64,000 nucleotides of DNA from a virus, in IMG/VR virus record IMGVR_UViG_3300042898_000786, positions 11,829 through 75,828 of that record, one strand, 5' to 3'. Under the pieces are notes generated by a model. The model was given only the letters and a program-made list of their open reading frames with translations. It did no database searches and was not told where the DNA came from. A program made the position numbers and the translations under genes. Positions 21,756 through 31,455 of this stretch are shown here, one piece after another (the stretch's first letter is position 1; each line of letters opens with the position of its first letter).

Positions 21756-22174
21756 AAATATGGAAATTAAGTTCAATCCTATTAATTACTGGGTTGTTAA
21801 CAGGTTGCAGCGCCACGTGGCACTTAAATCGAGCAATCAAGAAGGACCCATCTGTATTGAAGCCCACGGTTGTTACGATATGGGATACGATAGTGACCCC
21901 AGCGATTTACCTCGTTGATACGGTAAGTATTCCGAGCGGTTTGGACTCTTCTGTTATTGATAACGACACCGTGAGGATTGTCATTACCAAATACCAAGAC
22001 AAGATTATAGTAAAGACACAAGTCAAGGAGATTCCATATACTGTATCAGTACAGGCGGAGTGCCCTCCACAGCTCGTGCGTCCAGATTCTAAGACGGACA
22101 AGGTAAAGAATTATTTACTTTTGTTTTTGGCGGCTGCGCTTGCCGTTATGACGTTTTTATATCGATACAGGTAA
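21752..22174 (+). CDS. Lipoprotein with C-terminal TM helix (u-spanin-like)
   Basis: ATG at 21752 overlaps the previous stop; signal peptide II with LTG-C lipobox and hydrophobic C-terminus YLLLFLAAALAVMTFLY. Confidence 0.6.
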   Translation: MKIWKLSSILLITGLLTGCSATWHLNRAIKKDPSVLKPTVVTIWDTIVTPAIYLVDTVSIPSGLDSSVIDNDTVRIVITKYQDKIIVKTQVKEIPYTVSVQAECPPQLVRPDSKTDKVKNYLLLFLAAALAVMTFLYRYR

Positions 22175-22314
22175 TGGCTAAAACCAAAGCACAAACAGCA
22201 TCAACATTCCAAGCAAAGCCTAAAGTAAGCAGGCCCGGCGTACATTCTAAGACCAAGAGCAGCAAGCTCAAAACGTCTAAGCTGTATTCTAAGTCCTATC
22301 GTGGGCAGGGCTAG
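22174..22314 (+). CDS. Small basic protein (46 aa, ends KSYRGQG)
   Basis: Translated by hand: MAKTKAQTASTFQAKPKVSRPGVHSKTKSSKLKTSKLYSKSYRGQG; coupled to the upstream stop. Confidence 0.65.
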   Translation: MAKTKAQTASTFQAKPKVSRPGVHSKTKSSKLKTSKLYSKSYRGQG

Positions 22315-22380
22315 AGAGAAAACTCAATCAAACACTGAGCCTGTACGTTATTGCGATACGAAGCCAGTAGAGTGCTCCTG

Positions 22381-22791
22381 CTACGGTAAGGTATGCAGTA
22401 AGGCTGTTGCCTTGACTAAGTAACCTATAGAGGTATCCTTATCGCCTCCCTTTACGTCTTTGCGGTGATGGTGTTCATCACATATTACTTTTAACCGAGC
22501 GGTGGCGATTATGATGCTATACATAACGTCTTCAGATGTATAGTGCCCTTGGGCTATTAGTTGTTTGTTAGCTTGTTTTGTAGCGGCTATCAGACACCAG
22601 AACTTTGCTTCTGTAGTAATAATCCCCGAAGGCTTACCTCTTGATTCGTATTCTATGTAGAAGTTGCCGGACCAGTGTGTGCCGAAGTCAAACTTTACTT
22701 CGATTGTGTGGTCAGACAACATCTTGCCGAGGGCATTCTCTCCAACTTGACCAAGCTTTAGGTCGTACCGAAAATCGCTATTATAATCCAT
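22381..22791 (-). CDS. PD-(D/E)XK-family nuclease-like protein
   Basis: G..GE...IEVK.D...GNFYIEYES.GKPSGI.TT.A motif. Confidence 0.6.
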   Translation of the reverse strand: MDYNSDFRYDLKLGQVGENALGKMLSDHTIEVKFDFGTHWSGNFYIEYESRGKPSGIITTEAKFWCLIAATKQANKQLIAQGHYTSEDVMYSIIIATARLKVICDEHHHRKDVKGGDKDTSIGYLVKATALLHTLP

Positions 22792-23579
22792 TACAGCTTA
22801 TCTACAATCATATATGAGTCTAGGTCCTTGCCCTCAATAAAGAATGTCTTAAAACGCTCTATAGCCAGCTCTACCTTCTGCTCTCCATCAAATAGGAACT
22901 GCTCTGACACGGTAAATAATCCTATGTCTAAACTCTTCTTATCTATAGCTATAAAGTAGAAGTCTTTTACTCCAAATATCTGCGTATAGATATAGGCTTG
23001 CATATCATACCCGTACTTACGTGCGGAGAATCGAAAGTTAGAACTAAGGTCTGTTGTCGTCTTGATGTCAGCGATAAAACCTTCCTCTAGATTAAGGATG
23101 TCAGCCTTAGCCCTAAACGGAATACCAGATAGCATACCCACTCCCGGCTTCTCGAACATCGCCCCCTCTAGGTATTTACTTACTATTTCATTGCGATTAA
23201 ACGCACCTACAATTCTCATAGCTGAGTCGTACTCTGCTGAGGTAACAACGTCCTTCTTAGACGCCTCCTTAAGCTCTTTAAAAGCCTTTGTAGTCTTTCC
23301 CTTGGTACTGGATATATCGAACCTATTTTCGAGCTCGTGAGGCTCTAAAATCATCGTATGAATAAGCTTACCCATAAGGAGAGCTGGAGAATCCTCCTTC
23401 TGTCCATACTTAGTTACGTAGTAGTAAGTCTTAGGGGATTCTAAGAGCATCTTACACGCAGAGGATGATAGAGCGTGCTTGCCGAGATGGCCATAGTAGA
23501 AGTCGTCATCTACCATTAGACTCAAAAGGTCTGGAGCGTTATACTCCTCGCCGTTGAGTAGTGTTATAATATCTTTCAT
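22791..23579 (-). CDS. RecE/exonuclease VIII-like PD-(D/E)XK exonuclease
   Basis: LSSS..K.LL.SP, G...H..ILEP, RAKAD, DIKTT, YGY.MQA.IY motifs. Confidence 0.8.
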   Translation of the reverse strand: MKDIITLLNGEEYNAPDLLSLMVDDDFYYGHLGKHALSSSACKMLLESPKTYYYVTKYGQKEDSPALLMGKLIHTMILEPHELENRFDISSTKGKTTKAFKELKEASKKDVVTSAEYDSAMRIVGAFNRNEIVSKYLEGAMFEKPGVGMLSGIPFRAKADILNLEEGFIADIKTTTDLSSNFRFSARKYGYDMQAYIYTQIFGVKDFYFIAIDKKSLDIGLFTVSEQFLFDGEQKVELAIERFKTFFIEGKDLDSYMIVDKL

Positions 23580-23624
23580 TTATGTTCAATTGAGGGTGTT
23601 TTATTTAATTTTGGGCTGGGCATA

Positions 23625-25385
23625 CTAGCCGTCGCAGCTACCGCATTCTGGGTCCATAGCTTTTGCAGCTAGGTCGCCCCTAAGGACAGACTCAGTACGC
23701 ATATAGTATAGGGTCTTGATACCCTGCCGCCACGCTTCCATATGTACTTGGTTAATCCATTTTGGAGTGGCCTCAGAAGGGAACGCTAGGTTTAGGCTAA
23801 CCGACTGGTCAACGTATCGCTGCCGCACACCTGCTTGCCTTATTAGTTCAAGTTGATTAATTTCCTTAAAGGTCTTAAACACATCCTTAATGGGAATGAT
23901 GTCATCCTTGTGTTCACAATCACTAACTCGTACAAGCTTGCTGTTTAGGTATCCCCAGTCGTCAAGCTTATCAAGGTTCTGCACTGAACCACCATCTAGT
24001 AGAATCTGGTCCCAAGAATCTTTATTATTAATACCAATCTTTCTAAGTGCTCTCTCTAGGGTTGGGTTCTTACGTATGAACGTACCCTTGGCAGACTGCT
24101 CGGTAAACACGTTTGCGGCCCAAGGCTCAATACCTGCTGATACGTTGCCACTGAGCTTACTATTGGAAACTGTAGGCGCTATAGCACGGAGGTGGGTGTT
24201 ACGCATACCAGTACCCCTGCACCATAACGGCTCGCCGTAGGTCTTAGCCATATCGCGACTAGCGCGGTCTGACTCATCTTTTATGTGAGAGAAAATCTTA
24301 CGAGTGTGGAAATGTGTTTGCAGCCCTTCAAACGGAATCCCCTTTTGTTGTAGATAGGTGTGCCATCCGAGTACTCCCAGACCAAGTGCCCGTCCCTTTT
24401 CAGCAGAACGAACCGAATTTTCGAAGCCCCGCATATTCTTGGCTTTCTGAATGAACTCTTCAAGCACACCATCTAAAAACAACGTACTATAGTACACAAG
24501 TTCTGTATTACACCATTCGTCATACTTGGCTAAGTTCAGTGATGACAAGCAGCATACAAAGCTGTGCGAGTCGTCAGTATGTAGTACAATCTCAGAACAG
24601 ATGTTAGTCATATATACCTTTAGACCGTTTGTCTTATATGCGTCGGGGTTCTGCTTGTTTACGTTACCTCGGTACATAATGTAAGGCTCTCCAGTAGCCT
24701 TGCGCTTTTGTAATAACTTACTCCACCTACGGCGGGCATCGCTATCACCCTCTTCAAGCTTACACATAAACTTATCACCTATGATAGCACACTGATGTAA
24801 GTTCAAAGACTGACGATTGACGTCGCCCTTAGGCTCACGAATCTCAATCCAATCATCGAAGTCTGGGTGGTCGATATTTAGATTCACAGAAGCCGCGCCT
24901 CTACGTACATTACCTTGTGATGTAGCGAGGATAGTAGAATCATAAATCTTACAGAACGGAACAACGCCATCTGTGGTGCCGTCGCCGTTACCAATGGGAG
25001 AACCGGAAGGACGAATCATATTGATTCCAATGCCTACTCCTCCTCCGTGCTTAGCTAACATCATAAGCTCTAGGTTCTTAGCACCGATATCGTGGACGCT
25101 GTCTGCAACGTCTATACCGAAGCAGCTAATAGGAAGGCCACGGTCGGAGCCAGTGTTAGCTAGAACCGGTGTAGCCAAGCATAGCCAGTTGTTCCATATA
25201 TACTCAAAGAACTTAGGGGCAAGCTCGGGTCGCTTCAGTCTGTTCGCTGCCGTTGTTGACACGCGCCAGTACGCGTCCTTAGGGGACTCGTCACCTATTA
25301 GGTATCCTTTGCTGATTGTCTTTAGATATACCTCCGTATCACCCCACTCTGGGTAATCAATTCCTGCTTGCCAGTTATTTTTCAT
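23625..25385 (-). CDS. nrdA: Class I ribonucleotide reductase alpha subunit (no ATP cone)
   Basis: RGLPISCF, GGGVG, TNICSEI catalytic motif, AIAPT, KTLYY, C-terminal CxxC. Confidence 0.95.
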   Translation of the reverse strand: MKNNWQAGIDYPEWGDTEVYLKTISKGYLIGDESPKDAYWRVSTTAANRLKRPELAPKFFEYIWNNWLCLATPVLANTGSDRGLPISCFGIDVADSVHDIGAKNLELMMLAKHGGGVGIGINMIRPSGSPIGNGDGTTDGVVPFCKIYDSTILATSQGNVRRGAASVNLNIDHPDFDDWIEIREPKGDVNRQSLNLHQCAIIGDKFMCKLEEGDSDARRRWSKLLQKRKATGEPYIMYRGNVNKQNPDAYKTNGLKVYMTNICSEIVLHTDDSHSFVCCLSSLNLAKYDEWCNTELVYYSTLFLDGVLEEFIQKAKNMRGFENSVRSAEKGRALGLGVLGWHTYLQQKGIPFEGLQTHFHTRKIFSHIKDESDRASRDMAKTYGEPLWCRGTGMRNTHLRAIAPTVSNSKLSGNVSAGIEPWAANVFTEQSAKGTFIRKNPTLERALRKIGINNKDSWDQILLDGGSVQNLDKLDDWGYLNSKLVRVSDCEHKDDIIPIKDVFKTFKEINQLELIRQAGVRQRYVDQSVSLNLAFPSEATPKWINQVHMEAWRQGIKTLYYMRTESVLRGDLAAKAMDPECGSCDG

Positions 25386-25686
25386 CTTGTATTTTTTCTA
25401 TTTCGTTGACAATGTTGTCGTAAAGTATAGAGTGCTTTTTGCTTGTCTCTATTAAGTTCTGCAATGAACGCAGGGCTAGCGATACACTTGCGTGGCCCTT
25501 CTTATTGAACGCCTTCGCAAGACTCACGTGAGTGATATTTGTGTAGTTGTATAGAATCTTATAGGCGATGTGGCGTGCTGCCACTACTTCACCCCTACGA
25601 GATACAGAAAAGAGAGAGGGCCTATTGACCCCCGTCTCCATACAGATAGTATCTATGATACGCTCTTGAAATTTATTTAGTCCCAT
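25375..25686 (-). CDS. DnaA domain IV-like HTH protein
   Basis: SRRGEVVAARHIAYKIL...SLAKAF.K.HASV pattern matches the DnaA C-terminal DNA-binding domain. Confidence 0.65.
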   Translation of the reverse strand: MGLNKFQERIIDTICMETGVNRPSLFSVSRRGEVVAARHIAYKILYNYTNITHVSLAKAFNKKGHASVSLALRSLQNLIETSKKHSILYDNIVNEIEKIQDEK

Positions 25687-26672
25687 ATTGATTCGAAGTC
25701 TTCTCCTTCGCTTGCTTTTGAGTAATCTGTTGACCGCATAGCGAAGAAATCTGTATGCGTAACGCCTCCGGTAAGGTGATAAAACCAGTCAAGTTCTCCT
25801 GCTGAGTCCTTATCATACTCAAAGATAGCGCTATAGCCGAGCTCCTGCAACTTCTCATTAGCTCTTTTTTTGATGAACTCCTTTAAGTCTTTGGCTTTCA
25901 GGTTCTCAAGGTCTCCCATCTCAAACATCTTATCGATAAAGTTTACCTCCATCTGCACGGCAAGGCGAGAGGCTTCTTCTACCTCCGCACGAACAGCATC
26001 TCGAACCTCAGGATACTCCTCACATAGTTGATTAAACAATGTGATTCCCATCGTACTATGCAGGCTCTCGTCACGGACACTCCACTTCATCTGTTGACCG
26101 ATACCCTTTAATAGGTTTCGCATCTGGAATGAGTATAGAACAGCGAACGAAGAGTATAAAGCTACTCCTTCCGCTAATGCTGAGAACACGGCAATCGAGC
26201 GAGCCACATCTTGACGAGCTTGAGGGCTGACCTTAAGGGTGCTGTGGTTGTACTCAGCCTTTGTGTTGACAAGATTCTCAAAGCGTGCAGCAGTGGCAGG
26301 CTCGTGGAGAAAAGCTTTGAAGTCATCGAGGCCAAGGGTCTCATTTAAGTAGCTGTATGCAGCCGCGTGGATTGTCTCCTGCGAACCGAATGCCATAGCC
26401 ATCTGCTTAATCTCGTGCTTAGGAAACCACTTGGTAACCATACCGGTCCAGTAGTCGGCAACAGCTGTCTCTGTCTGTGCGAAGCCTAGAAGTATGTTAC
26501 CGACAAGGTTACGCTCAGCATCCGTAAGATTCTCACGAAAGTCTTTTACGTCGTTCTGCATCGGGATTTCAGTATGCAGCCAGAAGGCCTGCATCTGGAG
26601 CATCCAACCTTTAGTAAAGTATATTGGATATTCAAAGGGTTTGTACTCTATACGTTCATCGAAGATTCCCAT
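25677..26672 (-). CDS. nrdB: Class I ribonucleotide reductase beta subunit
   Basis: Ferritin-like ligands E68, E99xxH102, radical Tyr106, EGVALYSSF, RDESLH; C-terminal DFF...TDY. Confidence 0.95.
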   Translation of the reverse strand: MGIFDERIEYKPFEYPIYFTKGWMLQMQAFWLHTEIPMQNDVKDFRENLTDAERNLVGNILLGFAQTETAVADYWTGMVTKWFPKHEIKQMAMAFGSQETIHAAAYSYLNETLGLDDFKAFLHEPATAARFENLVNTKAEYNHSTLKVSPQARQDVARSIAVFSALAEGVALYSSFAVLYSFQMRNLLKGIGQQMKWSVRDESLHSTMGITLFNQLCEEYPEVRDAVRAEVEEASRLAVQMEVNFIDKMFEMGDLENLKAKDLKEFIKKRANEKLQELGYSAIFEYDKDSAGELDWFYHLTGGVTHTDFFAMRSTDYSKASEGEDFESIWD

Positions 26673-26694
26673 TGTTTTGGATTATATGTTAGAC

Positions 26695-26716
26695 AAAAAA
26701 GGTCACCAAAGTGACC
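26695..26716 (-). terminator. Rho-independent terminator
   Basis: Minus strand GGTCAC TTTG GTGACC TTTTTT. Confidence 0.6.
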
Positions 26717-26759
26717 GAAGAAAAGGGGTTGCGAATGTAAGCTTTAATAGCTTTGTAAG

Positions 26760-27152
26760 CTAATTGTTTCTCACTTGGCTAAACTTAATAGTATCAGGCA
26801 GATGGCCAAAAACATATTGTGTTACAGAGCACAACCACATACGAGAACCGCTCTTTTCATATATAACTCCGTCGTGCTCCCATAAGTAATACCACGCTCC
26901 TCCATCGTCCGTGTCTTCGTCTTTGACTAAGAGTCCGTCGTGCTTGTGTGCACAAGTGTTGGGGCATACCAACAAGGAGCATTTGTCCCCGCTGTCTGAC
27001 AGGAAGTCTAGGAAGTCATCAGCACCCTCTACCATTTGTAGTGATGCTTTTTCTCCTTCCCAGTCCGGTAGGTCTACATACCAGTTACCGTTACTCTCCT
27101 TCGTGAATGATAGTGGCAATGCCTCTGTTGAGGCTTTCAATTCTGATTTCAT
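26760..27152 (-). CDS. Conserved hypothetical protein
   Basis: WYVDLPDW.G..A.LQMV.GAD..LD and WLC.VT.YVFG..P motifs seen in Bacteroidota phage proteins. Confidence 0.65.
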   Translation of the reverse strand: MKSELKASTEALPLSFTKESNGNWYVDLPDWEGEKASLQMVEGADDFLDFLSDSGDKCSLLVCPNTCAHKHDGLLVKDEDTDDGGAWYYLWEHDGVIYEKSGSRMWLCSVTQYVFGHLPDTIKFSQVRNN

Positions 27153-28083
27153 TTACTTTTTTTATATTTCTTGATTCAACATATGTTTTTGCTAAGTTTG
27201 CTGCTAACTCCTTAGCTTTCTTTTTAGTCATCGTATCGATAGCCTCCTTCCATTCCTCAGGTGTTGAGCATAGGATACCATTGTATCCATTGACTATATA
27301 GTCCTTGTATGGGGAGACATTTGAAGCAATGACAGCTGTGCCAGTGAACGCCGCTTCTACGAGCTTAAGGTCCGACTTGCATTCATTGAAGATATTCTTC
27401 TTTAGTGGAACCAGTAGAACGTCAAGGTTCTTATACACTTCTGCGTAATCAAAGATGTTAGTCCAAGGTACAGGGTGCGAAGCCTTTAGCTTATTGACGT
27501 ATTTCTCTACGTTGGTACAATAAAGAGTCTTACCTTCAAATGTATATCCGATTTCATCGACGTCATCGTTATGAGAACCGGCACCAGTATATCCAAATCT
27601 TAACTCTTTGGATTTTACTTTCTTATGACTCCATTGCTTAGCGTCTGGGTCAACGGCATTAGGAACTATAACAACATCAGCCTTTGGTGCTAGGCGCTTT
27701 ACATACTTCGCTAGGATTTCTGAAGGAGTCCATACGACATCCGCTATCTGTAATGTTTTCTTAATCATATTTCCTACTTCTTTTTTCCATAAATTGTAAT
27801 TAAAGTTATCTTTGTTTAGAACCCAGTAGTCATCTACGTCTACAATGATGCGAATATTGTTAGCGCGTTTCATAATATGACGAAAGTGTTTATGGTTCCT
27901 AGCGTTTACAACCCTAGGGATTACTACGTTACTGACTAAAGTCAAGTCCATATCTACCATCTCCTTAAGTTCTTTGACGAGATGTATTTTATCGTAGCCG
28001 GAGTTCATAAGGTTTTGAGCCGGCACCATAATACGGTGGTAGTTAATACCGTTTATGTCATCCAATAAGATAATAGTATACAT
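27091..28083 (-). CDS. Glycosyltransferase (GT-B, family 4-like)
   Basis: DVDDYW, VPNA, FNECKSDLKLVEA, VIASNVSPY, NG.L motifs. Confidence 0.85.
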   Translation of the reverse strand: MYTIILLDDINGINYHRIMVPAQNLMNSGYDKIHLVKELKEMVDMDLTLVSNVVIPRVVNARNHKHFRHIMKRANNIRIIVDVDDYWVLNKDNFNYNLWKKEVGNMIKKTLQIADVVWTPSEILAKYVKRLAPKADVVIVPNAVDPDAKQWSHKKVKSKELRFGYTGAGSHNDDVDEIGYTFEGKTLYCTNVEKYVNKLKASHPVPWTNIFDYAEVYKNLDVLLVPLKKNIFNECKSDLKLVEAAFTGTAVIASNVSPYKDYIVNGYNGILCSTPEEWKEAIDTMTKKKAKELAANLAKTYVESRNIKKVNEIRIESLNRGIATIIHEGE

Positions 28084-28298
28084 TACATTCCCTCGGAGTG
28101 CTGTCGAATAGCAGAACGAATTAATTCAACCTCTAGCCTGACTTTCTTTATGTAATTGTCAACTAATATCTTGACAGCATCTTGGTCCTCGAGTGGTTCT
28201 CCGTTCTTGTCGTGCAGAGACTCATATAGTTCTGTTGTAGTCTGAGCAACAAAGTTTGTCGCCACAAAATACATCCGTGAGAGTTCACTTACTTGCAT
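28083..28298 (-). CDS. Hypothetical protein
   Basis: 71-aa ORF coupled to both neighbours. Confidence 0.6.
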   Translation of the reverse strand: MQVSELSRMYFVATNFVAQTTTELYESLHDKNGEPLEDQDAVKILVDNYIKKVRLEVELIRSAIRQHSEGM

Positions 28299-28728
28299 CG
28301 GAGATTATTTTAATAGTTTCGTCTACTTGGTTTTTGTTCTTCGGGATGAAGAAATGCCAATCATACATACCATTCTCTTTGCAATGCTTTAAAAACATTT
28401 TCCAACGCAGAGGAAAGTCTGCCGACATAACGTATCCTTTAGTCTCTATAACAAATTTATGCTCGTAGCTCACGAAGTCTGGAGTATATATTATTTGGAG
28501 GATTGTTTTGTTAGAACTTTCCACAAGGTCTCCCTTTTTCGGAACAGACTTGTAATAAAACTCTGGACCTTTAAAAGAATCCTGGAGAATATACTTGTGC
28601 TTTTCGTACTCGAAGTGAGTACCGCTTTCTTTGAGGGCTTGGGCGCAGTACGCTTCGAGGCCCGACTTGTATTGGCCCGTTGTCTTGGCTCTTGTTTTGT
28701 TTTTTGCATTTTTCTTTCTTTTAAACAC
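28285..28728 (-). CDS. T7 endonuclease I-like Holliday junction resolvase
   Basis: YKSGLE...FEYE...YTPDF...IETKG motif. Confidence 0.85.
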   Translation of the reverse strand: MFKRKKNAKNKTRAKTTGQYKSGLEAYCAQALKESGTHFEYEKHKYILQDSFKGPEFYYKSVPKKGDLVESSNKTILQIIYTPDFVSYEHKFVIETKGYVMSADFPLRWKMFLKHCKENGMYDWHFFIPKNKNQVDETIKIISDASK

Positions 28729-28732
28729 TTAG

Positions 28733-28740
28733 CAAAAGTA
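28733..28740 (-). promoter_or_regulatory. Bacteroidota -7 element (TACTTTTG), predicts a leaderless mRNA
   Basis: 4 nt from the GTG start at 28728. Confidence 0.5.
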
Positions 28741-28759
28741 AACTAATATATTTTAGTAA

Positions 28760-30589
28760 TCAAAATATTTTAGATAAATCGGTAGAAGTTTCTAACGGAA
28801 TTTGTTGAGGCCTTTGCTCAAACAAAGGCACGAACAAGCGTGACGAAGAGCCCTGCAAACATCCAAAGGAAGTGTAGTGCTTGTTCATCTCAAAGGTAAG
28901 AGGCGAGAAAAGAGGAGTCGGCATACCACCAGACTCTACCTCGCGCACTTTGCGTACGTGAAAGTCAATAGTACGGCGTGTAGGCTCATCTTCGTGCTGG
29001 ATTTTTCTGTGGACAGTAACGAACCCATCGGCACGGTTAACGAACTTCGAGCCACCCTCAGTGTCTGCGGCCATAGGAGCAACGGGATGTCCGTCGTCTC
29101 CAATTCGGCGTTGAGACTCTGTAACTGCGTGGGTGTTAAGCCATACAGCTATACTTTTAGCATTCGCGAACGTAAGTAATTCTGATGCTGCCTCGTAGTG
29201 ATACTCGTGCACACCTATAGATGCTCCATTGGCCAAGTCAATCTTTAAGCTGTTGTAAGGGTCTACAAATAAACCATCAACCTGCTGGCCCCTTATAAGC
29301 TTCTCGGTAAATATCATAAGGTCGTAGTACGAGTATACCTGCCGGTTAGATATTACTATGAAGTGCTCTTGTATCCACTCAAAAGCTAGCTTACGCTGCG
29401 CGTAGTTCATATACTTTAGCGGCATACCCGTCACGAACTGCATAAGCTTGTACTTAATGGATGCTGTTCGGTTCTCTGAGGAGTATACAACCCACTTCCA
29501 TCCGTGCCTCATAGAGGCGGTCACCATCAGGTATAATATAAATGTAGTCTTACCTACGTTGCTGTGTCCATTAACAATAAAGAACTCACGCTTAAACCTA
29601 AAGAACTTATCAAAGTATTCGTTACCGGTATCAAGACCAACCTCCACTTTCCCTTCGGCGAGGTCGTTAATCCAACGAAAGTCTTCGTCGTCCGAGGATA
29701 CGAATGACATATCTCCGTCGTTAATAAGCATCTCACGTTGAGCCTTGTCCTCTTGCTCTACGATTTCACGTATAGGGAGTTTCTTTCCTTTCTCAATGCC
29801 GTCTACTATAGTCTTTCTAGCTAAGTCTTCCGACTCTATCTCGCGCTTTGATATCTCACGTAGAAGCACACGAACAACTTCATCCTCTTCCATCCTTCCG
29901 GCGGCTACATATCCGCCACATAAGACGCTTGCCTTGAGTAGAGTAGCGTGCTTCTCTCCATCTGAGGCGTTCCGAATCATCCGCGCTGCGATGTTTAGCT
30001 TATGGTAATCTGTGTAGCTGTCAACAGACTTACTCTCTTGGTGTACGGATGCTTGCTCGGTAAGTATATGACCGAAGGGCTTAGCAAACTCTTTGATTAC
30101 AATCTCTGGGTCGTAAGACTCAAAACAAGCCCTAGATTCGTTTACTCCACTAGGGTCAATGTCAATACCATATTGTTTATCAAAGTACGTTTGTAGGGCA
30201 CGGAAATGGTCTCTGTGTCGCTCTGGGTTGGTTACCTGCACAAGGGCCTTGAGTCCATCTCCGGATGGAGACACCCAACAAGCAAAGACATACTCGTCCG
30301 TAGATAGTATTGGCTTTAGTTTTGGTACGTCTACGTGGTCTAGGTCAATGACTATGATACCACTATGGTCGTGAAGCGATGAGTCCTTACGCTCAAGGAA
30401 TGCGCCGCTCCATAGAACTATAGGGAGTGTTTTCTTTTGGTCCTTATCGCCGGCCCTCAGTAAATCAATCGTATCGCTGCTCTTGCCAGTCTTGATACGT
30501 TGAAGTGCTGCTTCCGCTGATATATGGTGTGGATGATTGGTTTGAAGGATATCCTTGAATATCGTCACTGTGTTTTGTAGTACGCTCAT
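28760..30589 (-). CDS. Primase-helicase (VirE-N/BT4734-like primase-polymerase domain plus SF4 DnaB-like helicase)
   Basis: IVIDLD and SPSGDGLK primase motifs; Walker A GHSNVGKT, VDPYN, H..KVR; ATG at 30589. Confidence 0.85.
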   Translation of the reverse strand: MSVLQNTVTIFKDILQTNHPHHISAEAALQRIKTGKSSDTIDLLRAGDKDQKKTLPIVLWSGAFLERKDSSLHDHSGIIVIDLDHVDVPKLKPILSTDEYVFACWVSPSGDGLKALVQVTNPERHRDHFRALQTYFDKQYGIDIDPSGVNESRACFESYDPEIVIKEFAKPFGHILTEQASVHQESKSVDSYTDYHKLNIAARMIRNASDGEKHATLLKASVLCGGYVAAGRMEEDEVVRVLLREISKREIESEDLARKTIVDGIEKGKKLPIREIVEQEDKAQREMLINDGDMSFVSSDDEDFRWINDLAEGKVEVGLDTGNEYFDKFFRFKREFFIVNGHSNVGKTTFILYLMVTASMRHGWKWVVYSSENRTASIKYKLMQFVTGMPLKYMNYAQRKLAFEWIQEHFIVISNRQVYSYYDLMIFTEKLIRGQQVDGLFVDPYNSLKIDLANGASIGVHEYHYEAASELLTFANAKSIAVWLNTHAVTESQRRIGDDGHPVAPMAADTEGGSKFVNRADGFVTVHRKIQHEDEPTRRTIDFHVRKVREVESGGMPTPLFSPLTFEMNKHYTSFGCLQGSSSRLFVPLFEQRPQQIPLETSTDLSKIF

Positions 30590-30845
30590 TTTCAATTGCT
30601 ATTTTAAGTAAGATTAAGTAACCTATTAGGTCTTGGACTGTGTCCTCAGTTGAATCATTGATTCCCTTGTTCTTGATTCTCATTAGCTTATCATCAATTC
30701 GACAAGCTATGTTATCAACCGCAGAGCCACTCGCAAATATATTCGATGGCTTTAGTGCGCTGTCTCCGTACGCATTGTTTTTTTCTAGTAGTAGGTCACG
30801 GACAGAGTTTGCTACCTCTACTATTTGTTCAGCTGTTGTTTTCAT
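30465..30845 (-). CDS. Nucleotide-modification-associated domain protein (DUF1599/Nmad1-like)
   Basis: LLEKN.AYGDSAL...RIDDKL.RI...DTVQDLIGYLIL motif; C-terminal tail overlaps the primase gene. Confidence 0.7.
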   Translation of the reverse strand: MKTTAEQIVEVANSVRDLLLEKNNAYGDSALKPSNIFASGSAVDNIACRIDDKLMRIKNKGINDSTEDTVQDLIGYLILLKIAIENERTTKHSDDIQGYPSNQSSTPYISGSSTSTYQDWQEQRYD

Positions 30846-30847
30846 TT

Positions 30848-31126
30848 TTACCAATTAAAATCATCTACCCATATTGGAGTACGCTCTCCGACATAGGCTG
30901 CAAAAGTATTATATTCTGCAAACTCAGAAGCCTCCTCGAAGTCTCCATCCATATCTTCCGCTAGTATGTCAACAACTTTCGAACGTGAATATACCACTCG
31001 AAAAGAGTCTGGTTCAAAGCCAATGATGGCATCATCAAGTCCGTCGGCAAACAAAATCCCTTCGTCGTCGTGACCCGAATATAGTTCTATAATTAATTCT
31101 CTTTTACTCATAAATTTGCGATTCAC
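30848..31126 (-). CDS. Conserved phage hypothetical protein
   Basis: ADGLDDAIIG...VVYS...EEA.EF.EYN...AYVGE.TP motif. Confidence 0.7.
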   Translation of the reverse strand: MNRKFMSKRELIIELYSGHDDEGILFADGLDDAIIGFEPDSFRVVYSRSKVVDILAEDMDGDFEEASEFAEYNTFAAYVGERTPIWVDDFNW

Positions 31127-31349
31127 CCACTTGTTTTTTAGTGAGTATTTTGGTTATCAATATTCTGCGTTCTCCTTTATAGTTCGACCCATAGATTTCG
31201 TCATTGAGTCTGTCTATTGTCTTGGGGTCTCTAGTCATTATATCTGTAGCTGACTCGCATTTTGACACAGCCCAGGTTTTTTTGATTAGCGTTTGCTTTG
31301 TCTTTCGATAAGATACTTCTATGTCGTAAAGATATATTGGGTAAGCCAT
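31104..31349 (-). CDS. Hypothetical protein
   Basis: ORF in the operon; likely start MAYPIY. Confidence 0.55.
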   Translation of the reverse strand: MAYPIYLYDIEVSYRKTKQTLIKKTWAVSKCESATDIMTRDPKTIDRLNDEIYGSNYKGERRILITKILTKKQVGESQIYE

Positions 31350-31455
31350 TTGCGTTACTGTTGAATGCAGTAGCATTCGCTATTGCCTTCGTTAATCTGC
31401 TGGGTTGTACGTAGGCATACCGGGCAGGTATCTGTGGTTTCTGTTTCCATTGTTT

